From: Octopus bimaculoides
Taxonomy: Eukaryota
Length of the DNA: 64,000 nucleotides
NCBI RefSeq assembly: GCF_001194135.2
Contig: NC_069004.1
Span: 8,783,972-8,847,971, forward strand
Direction: 5' to 3'
Position numbers and translations under genes: made by a program. Shown here piece by piece: positions 1 to 12,865 of the stretch; position 1 is the first letter of the stretch, and every line of letters starts with the position of its first letter. The notes below the pieces were generated by a model. That model was not told the DNA's origin and ran no database searches. It was given only the letters and a program-made list of their open reading frames with translations.

Positions 1-135
1 TCGCGTTAGGACTTTTACTTTGAACGCTATCCCACAGCAAATTGACGTATAAACAAAAGACATACGCTATGTGCGACTGATAATATCTATCTATCCATCT
101 ATCTATCTAGCTAGCTACCTATTTATCTATCTATG

Positions 136-168
<33 letters not shown>

Positions 169-950
169 ATATAGGATAAATTCTATATATGAATTTATCA
201 AGCAGTCAGCGTGAAAAAACCTCATAATGAAAAAATAACGAAAAATTTCGTAATGAAAAAATTCATCGTTTCTTCATAGATATATTTAATTATATATAAA
301 GGGCATTAACTGTGTATTAATGCCTCACGCTATCGAGGGACTAAATAAGTAAAAAAATTACCAAAAATAAGCAACATATTTACATATATATATATATGTA
401 AAGGTAAGAATTAAGCATCCAAGTGTAGGAAGTTTGTAAGCTTCAAGCAATCTGTGACAGGTATTGAAAACAAAAACAAGAAGAGGACAGTGTACTATCA
501 GGAACAATAACAATTTATTGACAAGGAACTTCGATAAGCTGAAAGTTTCTGTATAGCTCATAGTTAGCAACTCGAGTTTGTTACAAATGCAACTTAAAAA
601 TCCAAACTGGGCGAGTGGAATGGGTAAAATGCAGGCTACATATGTTTCTTAGCTAGCTGATCCTCTGATGTAATAATTACTCAAATTAGCTAACCATCAT
701 TCTGAGATAAATGAAGGTCATATTGTCGTTTGAAGTTTCCAAGTTAACTCACCGCAGATGTGAGTTGAAATGAATAGCGAAGCCGGAAGAAAGAATAAAA
801 AAAACTCAAATTTTTAAAGAAATAACACGGTCAAGAAGTAAGAACGGGAAGGGGGAGGAGGTCAAATGTGTGGGAGTGGGAGTCGTATAGAGTTGGTATG
901 AATGAAGAAAAGGAGAGGAGGAAGAAAAATCTCATATCTATGAATACAGT

Positions 951-1336
951 GGAGGCCCAATGGCCCAGTGGTTAGGGCAGCGGACTCGCGGTCGTAGGAT
1001 CATGGTTTCGATTCCCAGACCGGGCATCGTGAGTGTTTATTGAGCGAAAACACTTAAAGTTCCACGAGGCTCCGGCAGGGGTGTTGGTGGCGAACCCTGC
1101 TGTACTCTTTCACCACAATTTTCTCTCACTCTTTCTTCCTGTTATTGTTGTACTTGTATTTCAAAGGGCCAGCCTTGTCACACTCTGTGTCACGCTGAAC
1201 CTTCCCGAGAACTACGTTAAGGGTACACGTGTCTGTGAAGTGCTCAGCCACTTGCACGTTAATTTCACGAGCAGGCTGTTCCGTTGATCGTATCAACTGG
1301 AACCCTCGTCGTCGTAACCGACGCAGTGCCAAAAAA
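951..1336 (+). mobile_element. tRNA-derived SINE, family A, full length
   Basis: Pol III A-box-like TGGCCCAGTGGTTAGG and B-box-like GGTTTCGATTCCC head, conserved body, ends GTAACCGACGCAGTGCC plus A tail; homologous copies at 2786, 51566, 52193 and 61560. Confidence 0.9.
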
Positions 1337-2785
1337 GTATCAATACAATATTATTTCGGACGTATATCTTTTGTGATGATTTTTTTGATGTAATTTTCCT
1401 ACCCTTATTTTAAAATATAATATAATATAATATAATATACACATCCCTGCACATGCTTGGTAGCAAGTAATAAATAGCAGAAACTGAAGACTTCAATATT
1501 GGCCGTTTCGAAATCGGACAGTTTTGGGTGCGAATTCTAGGTGTGGATGCGACTCCCCTTTTCTTTTTATTTTTTTAGGTGGGGTGCAATTATTTTGTAT
1601 GGGAGTACAATAATTTTTTTTCTTTGGTGAGGGAGGGGATTGAATTTAGGGTAAATTTCTGCATATTTTCTTCTTTTGCATCTTTGTGAGGCGTGGTGTT
1701 GTTGTTGGTATTAGTGGTGATGATGATGGTGGTGGTGGTGGTGGGTGTTAGGTTGAGTGGCGAATGGTGTTGGTGGTGGTTGTGCTGGTGGAGTGGTGAG
1801 GGTGGTGGTGCTAGGTGGAGGCAGGGGACGGATATGGACGCATTTCAGTTTGCTTTGGAACATTATATGTCTTTTAATTCATATTTTGGAATGTAGCAGA
1901 ATATCAGAAAGGATATGACAGAGAAAAATAAAATAAAATGAAATAATAAAATAAATGAACGACAAATAATAAATCAGACACATACCTACAACAAAACAAA
2001 CAACAACAACTCTATGATGAAGGATATAAAAGAAACACAAGAGAAAAAAATTATTAAAAAGACATAAAGGAATATCATTAGATGCCCCTCCCCTCTCACA
2101 CCTCTACACTTGGTCCTCCTCTCCCTCTGCCTCCTACTCCATCCACCCGTCAGAAAAGATGTAAGTATAATAGTGTGGTCGGGAGGTGGGAACTGACGTG
2201 AAGATTTCGGGGGCTTTAGAGAAATAGTCACACACTCTCATACACATGGGCACACAAACACACACACACGCATACACACACACGTAGACATACGCATACC
2301 GGCACATACATAGACTTAGACACATACACACATACATAAACAAGTACACATGCACGCACATACACGTGAGTACACACGCAACACACATATATACACATGC
2401 GCATAAACATACTCACATACACACACAGGCACACAGAGATTTTTTTTTTTTTTTAAATTCCTCCCCCGCCCTCCCCCTCAAAATGGTCGTGAAGGAATTT
2501 GTGCGTCTAAGACATCTGGTATTAATGATATTCCAAGAATACGTCTATGATCACCATGAAGTAATGTCTGTAGGGAACTTTTGTTACCAGGACAACTGTC
2601 TACAGGGAACAGGAAAGAAGGAAGGGGGGTAGAAAGAGAGAGAGAGGGAGAAAGACAGAGAAAGAGAGGGAGAAAGATAGAGAAGGAAAGAGAGGGAGGA
2701 CTGGAACACATGGAGAGGTAGAGAGGTAAAAATATAGACAAATAGAAGAAGAGATAGATAGGCAGGCATGTATGTATGTATGTGT

Positions 2786-3049
2786 GGAGGCGCAATGGCT
2801 CAGTGGTTAGGGCAGCGGCCTCGCGGTCATAGGATCGCGGTTTCGATTCCCAGACCGGGCGTTGTGAGTGTTTATTGAGCGAAAAACCTAAAGCTCCACG
2901 AGGCTCCAGCAGGGGATGATGGCGAACCCTGCTGTACCCTTCCACCACAACTTTCTCTCACTCTTTCTTCCTGTTTCTGTTGTGCCTGTAACTCAAAGGG
3001 TCAGCCTTGTCACACTGTGTCACGCTGAATATCCCCGAGAACTACGTTA
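2786..3049 (+). mobile_element. SINE family A, 3' part lost in N-gap
   Basis: GGAGGCGCAATGGCTCAGTGGTTAGGG head and body colinear with the 951 copy up to the gap. Confidence 0.9.
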
Positions 3050-3438
3050 NNNNNNNNNNNNNNNNNNNNNNNNNNNNNNNNNNNNNNNNNNNNNNNNNNN
3101 NNNNNNNNNNNNNNNNNNNNNNNNNNNNNNNNNNNNNNNNNNNNNNNNNNNNNNNNNNNNNNNNNNNNNNNNNNNNNNNNNNNNNNNNNNNNNNNNNNNN
3201 NNNNNNNNNNNNNNNNNNNNNNNNNNNNNNNNNNNNNNNNNNNNNNNNNNNNNNNNNNNNNNNNNNNNNNNNNNNNNNNNNNNNNNNNNNNNNNNNNNNN
3301 NNNNNNNNNNNNNNNNNNNNNNNNNNNNNNNNNNNNNNNNNNNNNNNNNNNNNNNNNNNNNNNNNNNNNNNNNNNNNNNNNNNNNNNNNNNNNNNNNNNN
3401 NNNNNNNNNNNNNNNNNNNNNNNNNNNNNNNNNNNNNC

Positions 3439-3838
3439 TTTTATTCTTTTATTTGTTTCAGTCATTTGACTGCGGCCATGCTGGAGCACCGCCTTTAGTC
3501 GAGCAAATCGACCCCGGGACTTATTCTTTGTAAGCCTAGTACTTATTCTATCGGTATCTTTTGCCGAACCGCTAAGTTACGGGGACATAAACACACCAGC
3601 ATCGGTTGTCAAGCAATGCTAGGGGGACAAACACAGACACACAAACACACACACATACATATATATATATACATATATACGACGAGCTTCTTTCAGTTTC
3701 CGTCTACCAAATCCACTCACAAGGCTTTGGTCGGCCCGAGGCTATAGTAGAAGACACTTGCCCAAGGTGCCACGCAGTGGGACTGAACCCGGAACCATGT
3801 GGTTGGTAAGCAAGCTACTTACCACACAGCCACTCCTG
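3439..3838 (-). mobile_element. tRNA-derived SINE, family C (CORE-like), full length with internal microsatellite
   Basis: Minus strand reads CAGGAGTGGCTGTGTGGTAAG...GGTTCAGTCCC...CACCTTGGGCAAGTG (CORE-like motif), then a (TA/TG)n tract, then tail ...GTGCTCCAGCATGGCCGCAGTC...AAACAAATAAAAG; multiple copies in the window. Confidence 0.88.
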
Positions 3839-4140
3839 GTGTATATGTATAAAGCATCTATGAATTTGTATGTATGTATATATATATATAAGTATGTATA
3901 TGTGTGTGTGTGTGAATGTTTGTGTGTGTGTGTGTGTGTGTGTGTGGAGAGAGAGTGGAGGGAAAGAGTCAGGGAGACAGACAAACAGACAGGGCATGAT
4001 ATAGAACATAGGGAAATGTGTGAGGGAAAGGGAGGTAAGTCTATTTTCCTGTTGGAGAAGCAGGACGTAAGATGTGTGACTTCCGACTTCCTAAGAAAAC
4101 GCAATAGTAGTTAGCAGTTGTAGTATCAGCAGCAGCAGTT

Positions 4141-4173
<33 letters not shown>

Positions 4174-5711
4174 CGTTTTAAAATAAGCATCCGAGGTCTC
4201 CCTATGGCATGTAAGATCATTGATCTACCACTAGGATGGTGGTACTCTCCAAGCTGCAGGCCTAAGGCTTTATACATGTACACATAATACACGTACGTAT
4301 NNNNNNNNNNNNNNNNNNNNNNNNNNNNNNNNNNNNNNNNNNNNNNNNNNNNNNNNNNNNNNNNNNNNNNNNNNNNNNNNNNNNNNNNNNNNNNNNNNNN
4401 ATATATATATATACATATACCCGGAGATGTAGTTGTAGTAGAAGACACTTGCTCAAGGTGGGGCGCAGTGAGACTGAACCCAAACCCAAGAGCTTCATAA
4501 CAACACACCCAAGTAACATAATAAAAGAATACATGATTTATGATCTGGACAAATAGAAATAATGAGAATAATAGTATTAACATATGTTGAAGGGATCTGA
4601 GTGATATTGTAACTGAGACATGGAGGATGGGTTACAGAAAACTAACATCCTCTATTATTGAAGGAAGAATCTTTGGCTGAGGATGGGTTAAACCGTTGTA
4701 GAGTTCCGCATATACATCTACAGGTCTCGACACAAGGATAGACGGAGCACTTAAATGTATACGAAGAATGCAGTTAGTGCATAAAGGACACAACGTAAGC
4801 ACCAACTATACAAACTCACACACAAAATGGGAAGGGTTTAAGCCACTGATAATCTCAACTAATAGGTACGCTGTGTGAGGGCTGTACTTGGTAAACCACT
4901 AGGAACCAAGTTCACAGCTGGAACTGAGGATCTGTTTTTTCTTATTACCCATGCGGGCTAAACATAGAGGTGACAAAACAAAACATGTGGGACATAAAAC
5001 ATATATAAAAAATAGAAATGAATGTTATAATGTATGAAGACATGAATAGGCGAAAATGGAAATGGAACCACTCGCTCCACTTACGAGTTGCCTCATTTTC
5101 TACTTTTTAAATCCTGAACCTTCCAACACATCGATACCTGTTTCCTCCAACCATTTATCGTAAGTTGTAAAGCCTGGGAATAAGCCCCAGCTGCAGTCCA
5201 CGTCCCAAAAACAAAATCCAACCATATACTATTGTATTTGTTCCTCCTGCTTCTAATCTGGTATTACACACACATGATGTTCCTCCACGTTATCAAACCC
5301 CGCAGTTCCAATACACTTTATGTCCCATTCCGCCATATCCCTTAACAGTTTGTCGCTAAGCAACGTATATATCCTACACTTTTTCCTTCTTTTTTTTTTT
5401 GATTTAGGGGAGGGGTTTGGGGTTTCTTTGTATGTGTTTGCCTCTTGTTTTTGTGTCGGATGGGAATGGATAGGCCTAGTGCCTGCAGGGAATGGGTGGG
5501 TCTGAGAGGGTATGGATGGGATGGGGTTTACAGTTAATTTACGTATAAGGGGCTGGAGTTGGGGATCCGTAGCTTACTTCCGAGTCAATGGGTATAATTT
5601 AAAGGAAGAGGGAAACAAAGCGAAAGCAGGACAAGCTTATCAAATAATTTAAATGATTTTAATTATCATAATTGTGAATCGAAGCACGCAAAAGTAAAAA
5701 TAAATAATAAC

Positions 5712-5800
5712 GGCTTACAGCTGTTTCAGGGACATCTCAGGAAATGGATCAATGTGTTGATCCACATTTCCATATACTGGGTATTCCGTCATCGGAGACA
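5712..5800 (-). ncRNA. decayed type I hammerhead-ribozyme-like motif (Penelope-like element type)
   Basis: Minus strand GTCT-CCGATGA-(long stem II)-GAAACAGCTGTA-AGCC; palindromic stem III CAGCTG, GUA cleavage triplet, core U4 replaced by C. Confidence 0.4.
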
Positions 5801-5869
5801 AGGTGTATATGCAAGAAACTTCTAGATAGAAAATTTAATGTAGAGAAAAGAATGAATTGCAGGGTTCAT

Positions 5870-6352
5870 AGTTTATTCTGTTCCGGAGGGTATGGAAGAA
5901 CTCATTTTCTACAAAATGCTTGAAGACAACTGCATGCTCTATGCAGAGCTTTACGTTCAGCAAATACACCGCTCAACGAGATAATCCAGCAGAAACGACC
6001 AGACGAGCGACACGGCAATGCTCGTACGCACGTCGTTAATTTGACCAAAAATATTATTCAAGAGCTTAGTTGAGAAGTTCTATGCACTCACCGTATTCTC
6101 CCGATGTAGCACCTCCAGAATATTACCCTTTTCTTGTAGGTCGTTCTCCAGTAACCAGCCGGACATTTCATTTAACAACGACGTAGAACTGGAAACGCGA
6201 CTCATTGAATTCTTCGAGTCAAGACCAAGTAATTACGACTGTCAAAGTATTAGACTACACAGATTTTTCCAGATTATTGATAAGCTAGTGGAACGTTGGC
6301 AAGAAATCGTGAACAACGGTGAAGAGTGTATTACAGATTGATTTGTTAAAAA
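5870..6352 (+). pseudogene. mariner transposase remnant (catalytic and C-terminal region)
   Basis: Frameshifted translations give GNARTHV (HDNARPH-like), HSPYSPDVAP and IDKLVERWQEIVNNGEECITD*, all mariner motifs. Confidence 0.85.
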
Positions 6353-6430
6353 TAGTGATGGAAAATAATGGAATAATGACTAAATTAAATGGAAAAAAAA
6401 ACACCACACACACACACGCACACACATATA

Positions 6431-6799
6431 TTCTTTTATTCTTTTTCTTGTTTCAGCCATTTGACTGCGGCCATGCTGGAGCACCGCCTTTAGAGGAAGA
6501 AATCGAACCCAGGACTTATTCTTTGTAAGCCTGGTGCTTATTCTATCGGCGTCTTTTTTGCCGAACCGCTAAGTTACGAGTCGTAAACACCCCAACATCA
6601 GTTGTCAAGTGATGGTGGGAGGACAAACACAGGCACACAAACATATACCTATATATGCATATGTACGATGGGCTTCTTTTAGTTTCCGTCAACCGAATCC
6701 ACTCACAAGGCTCTGGTCGGCAGGCAGAAGACACTTGCGGAAGGTGCCACGCAGTGGGACTGAACCTAGAACCATGTGGTTGGGAAGCAAGCTTCTTAC

Positions 6800-6804
<5 letters not shown>
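6431..6804 (-). mobile_element. SINE family C, near full length
   Basis: Colinear with 3439-3838 in tail, microsatellite, CORE-like part and tRNA head. Confidence 0.85.
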
Positions 6805-6830
<26 letters not shown>

Positions 6831-7435
6831 TGTCACACGCACACACACACACNNNNNNNNNNNNNNNNNNNNNNNNNNNNNNNNNNNNNNNNNNNNNNNN
6901 NNNNNNNNNNNNNNNNNNNNNNNNNNNNNNNNNNNNNNNNNNNNNNNNNNNNNNNNNNNNNNNNNNNNNNNNNNNNNNNNNNNNNNNNNNNNNNNNNNNN
7001 NNNNNNNNNNNNNNNNNNNNNNNNNNNNNNNNNNNNNNNNNNNNNNNNNNNNNNNNNNNNNNNNNNNNNNNNNNNNNNNNNNNNNNNNNNNNNNNNNNNN
7101 NNNNNNNNNNNNNNNNNNNNNNNNNNNNNNNNNNNNNNNNNNNNNNNNNNNNNNNNNNNNNNNNNNNNNNNNNNNNNNNNNNNNNNNNNNNNNNNNNNNN
7201 NNNNNNNNNNNNNNNNNNNNNNNNNNNNNNNNNNNNNNNNNNNNNNNNNNNNNNNNNNNNNNNNNNNNNNNNNNNNNNNNNNNNNNNNNNNNNNNNNNNN
7301 NNNNNNNNNNNNNNNNNNNNNNNNNNNNNNNNNNNNNNNNNNNNNNNNNNNNNNNNNNNNNNNNNNNNNNNNNNNNNNNNNNNNNNNNNNNNNNNNNNNN
7401 NNNNNNNNNNNNNNNNNNNNNNNNNNNNNNNNNNN

Positions 7436-7481
<46 letters not shown>

Positions 7482-7814
7482 CTCCTTGTATACTAGTGTG
7501 TGCGTCTATAATTGCAAGCATTGCCGAATGTTTAAGAAATTGTCATTGTTTTTCCTAGCAGGTGGTTCTGCATCGATTGCCCAGCGGTGCAACTTGGTGT
7601 CTTGTACTTTAGATCCGGGTCGACATGTAGGCGCAGTGCAGTGGGAGTGAATCGGAATCACGAGATTGAAAAGCCATACTGGCTATCAATTAAACACACA
7701 CGCACACGCTCACGCACACACACATAGACTCTCTCCCTCTTTCTTGCACACACACACTGTTTTTTATGGATACATATATACATATATAAGAATATATATA
7801 TGTATATCTATCTA

Positions 7815-7849
<35 letters not shown>

Positions 7850-8240
7850 TCACACACACATACATGTGTGTGTGTNNNNNNNNNNNNNNNNNNNNNNNNN
7901 NNNNNNNNNNNNNNNNNNNNNNNNNNNNNNNNNNNNNNNNNNNNNNNNNNNNNNNNNNNNNNNNNNNNNNNNNNNNNNNNNNNNNNNNNNNNNNNNNNNN
8001 NNNNNNNNNNNNNNNNNNNNNNNNNNNNNNNNNNNNNNNNNNNNNNNNNNNNNNNNNNNNNNNNNNNNNNNNNNNNNNNNNNNNNNNNNNNNNNNNNNNN
8101 NNNNNNNNNNNNNNNNNNNNNNNNNNNNNNNNNNNNNNNNNNNNNNNNNNNNNNNNNNNNNNNNNNNNNNNNNNNNNNNNNNNNNNNNNNNNNNNNNNNN
8201 NNNNNNNNNNNNNNNNNNNNNNNNNNNNNNNNNNNNNNNN

Positions 8241-8339
<99 letters not shown>

Positions 8340-9461
8340 TGTATAAATACATAGATAATAAATACATTCATGCACATACACACACACAAACACATACATA
8401 TATTGTTTATGATTTTGAGTTTGAAAGAATGTCAAATGTTTTGGAGTTGTTATATGTTATAGTTATTAAATTCGAATCTGTATGTAGCCATTACTTAATG
8501 TTTGGCGCCTTCGTAAACAATATCAAACAGTGTCATATTTCTGTATTTTCTTTAGTGTAAAGAGTTTAGTGATGAAGTTCTGAACTATGAGTGAAATGCT
8601 TCTGTAGATCAGCCTGGTTTTTTTTTTTTCGCTCGTATAATTTTTCAGGTGGTATTTGTTCTTAGTGAGGTACACTGACATAGGCTCTGACCTTTTTTGC
8701 TTTTGTTTTCCTTTTGTAAAATTAACGAAAGCAATATATGACTACACACACGTACGCTCGCTCGCGAACGCGCAGACACACACATACACTCACACGCACG
8801 CACACACACATATACATACACACATACATACACACGCACGCACACACACACATCTGCATGTCCTCTTGTGCATCTGTGTTTGTCTACGATGCACATGTTT
8901 ATATATACATATGGGTATATCTATCTATCTATCTATCTATCATATATATATGTATGTATGTGTATATACACATATAGACACGCAAACATATAATCGCGCG
9001 CGCAATCACACACACACAGACATGCACACACACACGCAAGTATATTCTTGTTTATTATTTCATTCAGAAGTTGTGTTTCTCTTCACTAAATACTCATATA
9101 TGTATATATGCATATATTATATTTTTATATATTGTCTAGCGTATGCATATTATTTTAGAAATATATGCATTTTATAAACGTATTATTAAAAAAAAATTAT
9201 ATACCTTATTTTAAAATGCATTATTTATTCAGTTAACATCTAATATTTAAAAAGAAATATATTTCCAGTAACATATTTTTATATTTTTGAATTCTATAAA
9301 TGTCTTTTACAATGTCTATTTGGGAAACGGCAAAAATTAGAACCCCCCCACCAAAAAAAAACAAAAACAGGATAAATAAAATTAAATAAAACAGAAGAAA
9401 AAAAGGAACCCAACTAAAAATTGAATAAGCCACAACAACAACAACTACAGCAATAATAATA

Positions 9462-9493
<32 letters not shown>

Positions 9494-10663
9494 TACGAAA
9501 AGAATAATAGCATGGCGGTATTTTTAGATAAGCACCATACTTAAACAATACAAATTGGAACAGTAGTGAGTGAGACTATCGAGGTGATGATGGTGGCGGC
9601 GGTGGTGACGGTGGTGGTGGGTGGTGGTGGGAGTTTGATAAATTGAGCAATGGGAAAAACAGGCGCCCCATCTTGTTGTTTTAGCTTAATGACCAATTGT
9701 TTATTCACAGAAGATAAAGGGTTTCGCATTCAATTATTCTGAAGAATTCTGGAATTTGTCTGCGAGTCTGTTGGTCGGTAATCAGACACTATAAACAAAA
9801 AGACAGANNNNNNNNNNNNNNNNNNNNNNNNNNNNNNNNNNNNNNNNNNNNNNNNNNNNNNNNNNNNNNNNNNNNNNNNNNNNNNNNNNNNNNNNNNNNN
9901 NNNNNNNNNNNNNNNNNNNNNNNNNNNNNNNNNNNNNNNNNNNNNNNNNNNNNNNNNNNNNNNNNNNNNNNNNNNNNNTATATATATATATATATATATA
10001 CATACATATATATATATATACATACATATAAATACACACACACATATATAGATAGATAGATAGAGAGAGACAGGCAGAGACAGAGACAGAGAGAAAGGGA
10101 AGCAGCAATAGTCTGATTTGAACCAGACTTCAGTGAATTATTTTATATTTTCAAGCACGATTTTCGTGGAATGTTGAATAGTTTTAACGGCAGTAGCGGA
10201 GAAAGGAGGAAATAAACGAAGAAAAAATCAGAGAAGAAGGAGGAAGGAAAGAAAGGAGGAAGGAAAGAAAGGAGGAATAAATCGTAGAAGGAAGGAAGGA
10301 AGGAAGTCTAACGTTTTGGATTCTCGTTCTTCAACAGAGGAAAAAAATAAAATGACAAAAGAGCTGATTGTTATTGTTTAGCCCAAGGCTAGTTGCGACC
10401 CAGTAGACATATATCAAATATCATTCCACCGTCTTTTTCATTACTGGTTTATTTTTCAAGGCATAGCGTATCTAGGAATAGAGCAGTGGTCCATATGTCC
10501 CGTAGTAGTCCATATAAGAGTTTTGGGATCAACGCAAGCAAAATAGTAAATTGGTTACCAAGAGTAGTATTTTATGGGTCCATGAAAATATTTTAGCCTT
10601 ATTTTTCAGAGAGATATTAAATTTTGTAACCGCAAGCTACAGCCGTATAGGCAAAATAATTAT

Positions 10664-10701
<38 letters not shown>

Positions 10702-10867
10702 TGACCTGGACCAATCTTTGGTCGAAACATATCTAAGTTTTTTAAGGGTGCTTTTTTTGAATATATATATATGTATATATGCATGTATGTATAAAAACAC
10801 ACACACACACACACATATATACATATACATACACACACACATATATATATGCACGCACATATACACA

Positions 10868-11091
10868 CACCGGATGGGCCAAAAGTCACGCACCAATATA
10901 TTTGATATTTTATTTATATTTCTTTAATACTATTATTCTTATTCATATTTTCATCATGTACAAGTGCGTGTGTACTCATCATTATTTTATTTACTGTATT
11001 CAAATTAAAAAAAAAAAAAACTGAAGCATGTCTTTGACAATTCCGGAGTGTACTGAACTTATTTCGTGCGTAACTTTTGACCCACCCTTTA
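10868..11091. mobile_element. Tc1-type MITE, decayed
   Basis: Terminal inverted repeats CCGGATGGGCCAAAAGTCACGCAC and GTGCGTAACTTTTGACCCACCCT with TA at the right end and an AT-rich non-coding interior. Confidence 0.65.
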
Positions 11092-11271
11092 TATCTCTAA
11101 CGGATATTACTCAGAAACGCCATCAACACGGAAAACTATAGTAAAGCAGTATTAATATACTCGATGCTAAGACGGTAGGGGTATAATTTGAGGGAAATTT
11201 GGGTGCTATATCTAGTAAATCGATGCCTCATGTACATGAACTTCATTTGTTCGACGGAAGGTATTGCTGCT

Positions 11272-11738
11272 AAGGCGGCGAGCTGGCAGAATCGACTGGC
11301 CCCCTCCCGGGCCTAGAGTAGAAAAGAATATTAAGGCAACGAGCTGGCAGAAACGTTAGCACGCCTGGCTATATGCTGAACGGTATTCCATCTGTCTTTA
11401 CGTTCTGAGTTCAAATTCCACTGAGGTCGACTTTGCCTTTCATCCTTTCGGGGTCGATTAAATAAGTACCAGTTACGCACTGGGGTCAATATAATCGACT
11501 TAATCCGTTTGTCTGTCCTTCTTTGTCCTCTCTCTGTGTAGCCCCTTGTGGGCAATAAAGAAATAAGAAACGTTAGCACGCCGGGCGAGATGCTTAGCGG
11601 TATTTCGTCTGCTGTTACGTTCTGAGTTCAAATTCCGCCGAGGTCGACTTTGCCTTTCATCCTTTCGGGGTCGATAAATTAAGTACTGGTTGCGTACTGG
11701 GATCGATATAATCGGGCCTTGTGCCTAGAGTAGAAAAT
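11272..11738 (+). mobile_element. SINE family B tandem array: mini copy, long-tail unit, short-tail unit
   Basis: AAGGCGGCGAGCTGGCAGAA head, GAGTTCAAATTCC B-box, core GCCTTTCATCCTTTCGGGGTCGATAAATTAAGTAC present twice; junction AAAGAAATA|AGAAACGTTAGCACG at about 11565. Confidence 0.9.
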
Positions 11739-12419
11739 GAAGATGTTGCTCCTGAAGCTGTTTTGTTGATCTGAGAGTTAGGCATTCTGGTTTGTCAATA
11801 AGTAAAGCCATTGAACCGTGTCGGGAGTAAATCCGTCACGGTACGTCATGCGTTCCTCTGATCGTGCTAAACGGTTTAACACATTCGCTTCATACTCTTC
11901 CGCCAACACGGCCGTTGATATGTACGTAAACAAACATACACATACACACACATACATTATATGCGCTCACGCATACTCATACACACAAACAGTGTTTGCA
12001 CACACACACACACACACACTTACTGATACACACACATAGATTGTATACACATACACAGACACACTCATGCGCAGGCATTATATGCACAGTCACGCATACA
12101 TTACATACACATGCTCATATACAAATATACGTCACATGCACACACATACGCATACTCACACACGCACACACATACATTACGTACGCTCATATGAGGCACT
12201 TTGCAACCACAAGGTTCAAGGTTCAGTCCCACAGCACGACACCTCGGCCAAGAATTCGACTACAGCATCCGATTAAGCAATGTTTCGGGAATGAAATTTG
12301 GAAGACAAAATCGTATACATACATACATACATACATACATACATACATAATACATATATACATACATATACACATACATACATACATACATACATACAGT
12401 AACATTCACCTTTGATCGT

Positions 12420-12865
12420 ATGCTTTATCTTCTACTTGTTTCATTCATTGGACTGCGACCATACTGGGGCATTGGCTTGAAGGGCTGTGGTCCAACGAAA
12501 CAACCCCAGTACTTCTGTTTTATTTTCTTAAAGTCTGGTAGCTATTCTATGGGCCTCTTTTGCCGAACGGCTAAATCAAAGGAACGTAAACAAACCAACA
12601 TCGGTTGTCAAGCGGTGGGAGGGCCATACACAGACACAAAGACAGAGACACAAAGACACACACATACACACACATACAAACACACGCTTCCACACACAGA
12701 TGGCAGGCTCTCATAGAATTTCGGTCTACTAAATTCACCCACAAGTTATTGGTCGGCTATGGTCCATAGTAGAAGAAACTTGCTCAAGACACTGTACAGT
12801 GAGACTGAACCCAAGACCACGCGTTTGGAAAGCGATCTTCTTAACCACAAGCCATGCCCGCTCCT
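12420..12865 (-). mobile_element. SINE family C, diverged full-length copy
   Basis: Same tail, (CA)n, core and head order as 3439-3838, with many substitutions. Confidence 0.75.

Noticed and set aside
200-300. Possible hammerhead-like arrangement (ATGAAGA...ATGAA/TTCAT...CGAAA) on the minus strand
   Set aside because: Core and stem I do not fit; AT-rich sequence gives such matches by chance.
951-1030. tRNA-like sequence at the heads of SINE families A, B and C
   Set aside because: A and B boxes are present, but each continues into a SINE body and no complete cloverleaf is evident; not called as tRNA genes.
5040-5340. GC-elevated block with possible LINE C-terminal coding remnants on the minus strand
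   Set aside because: Stops in all frames and no motif I can name with confidence.
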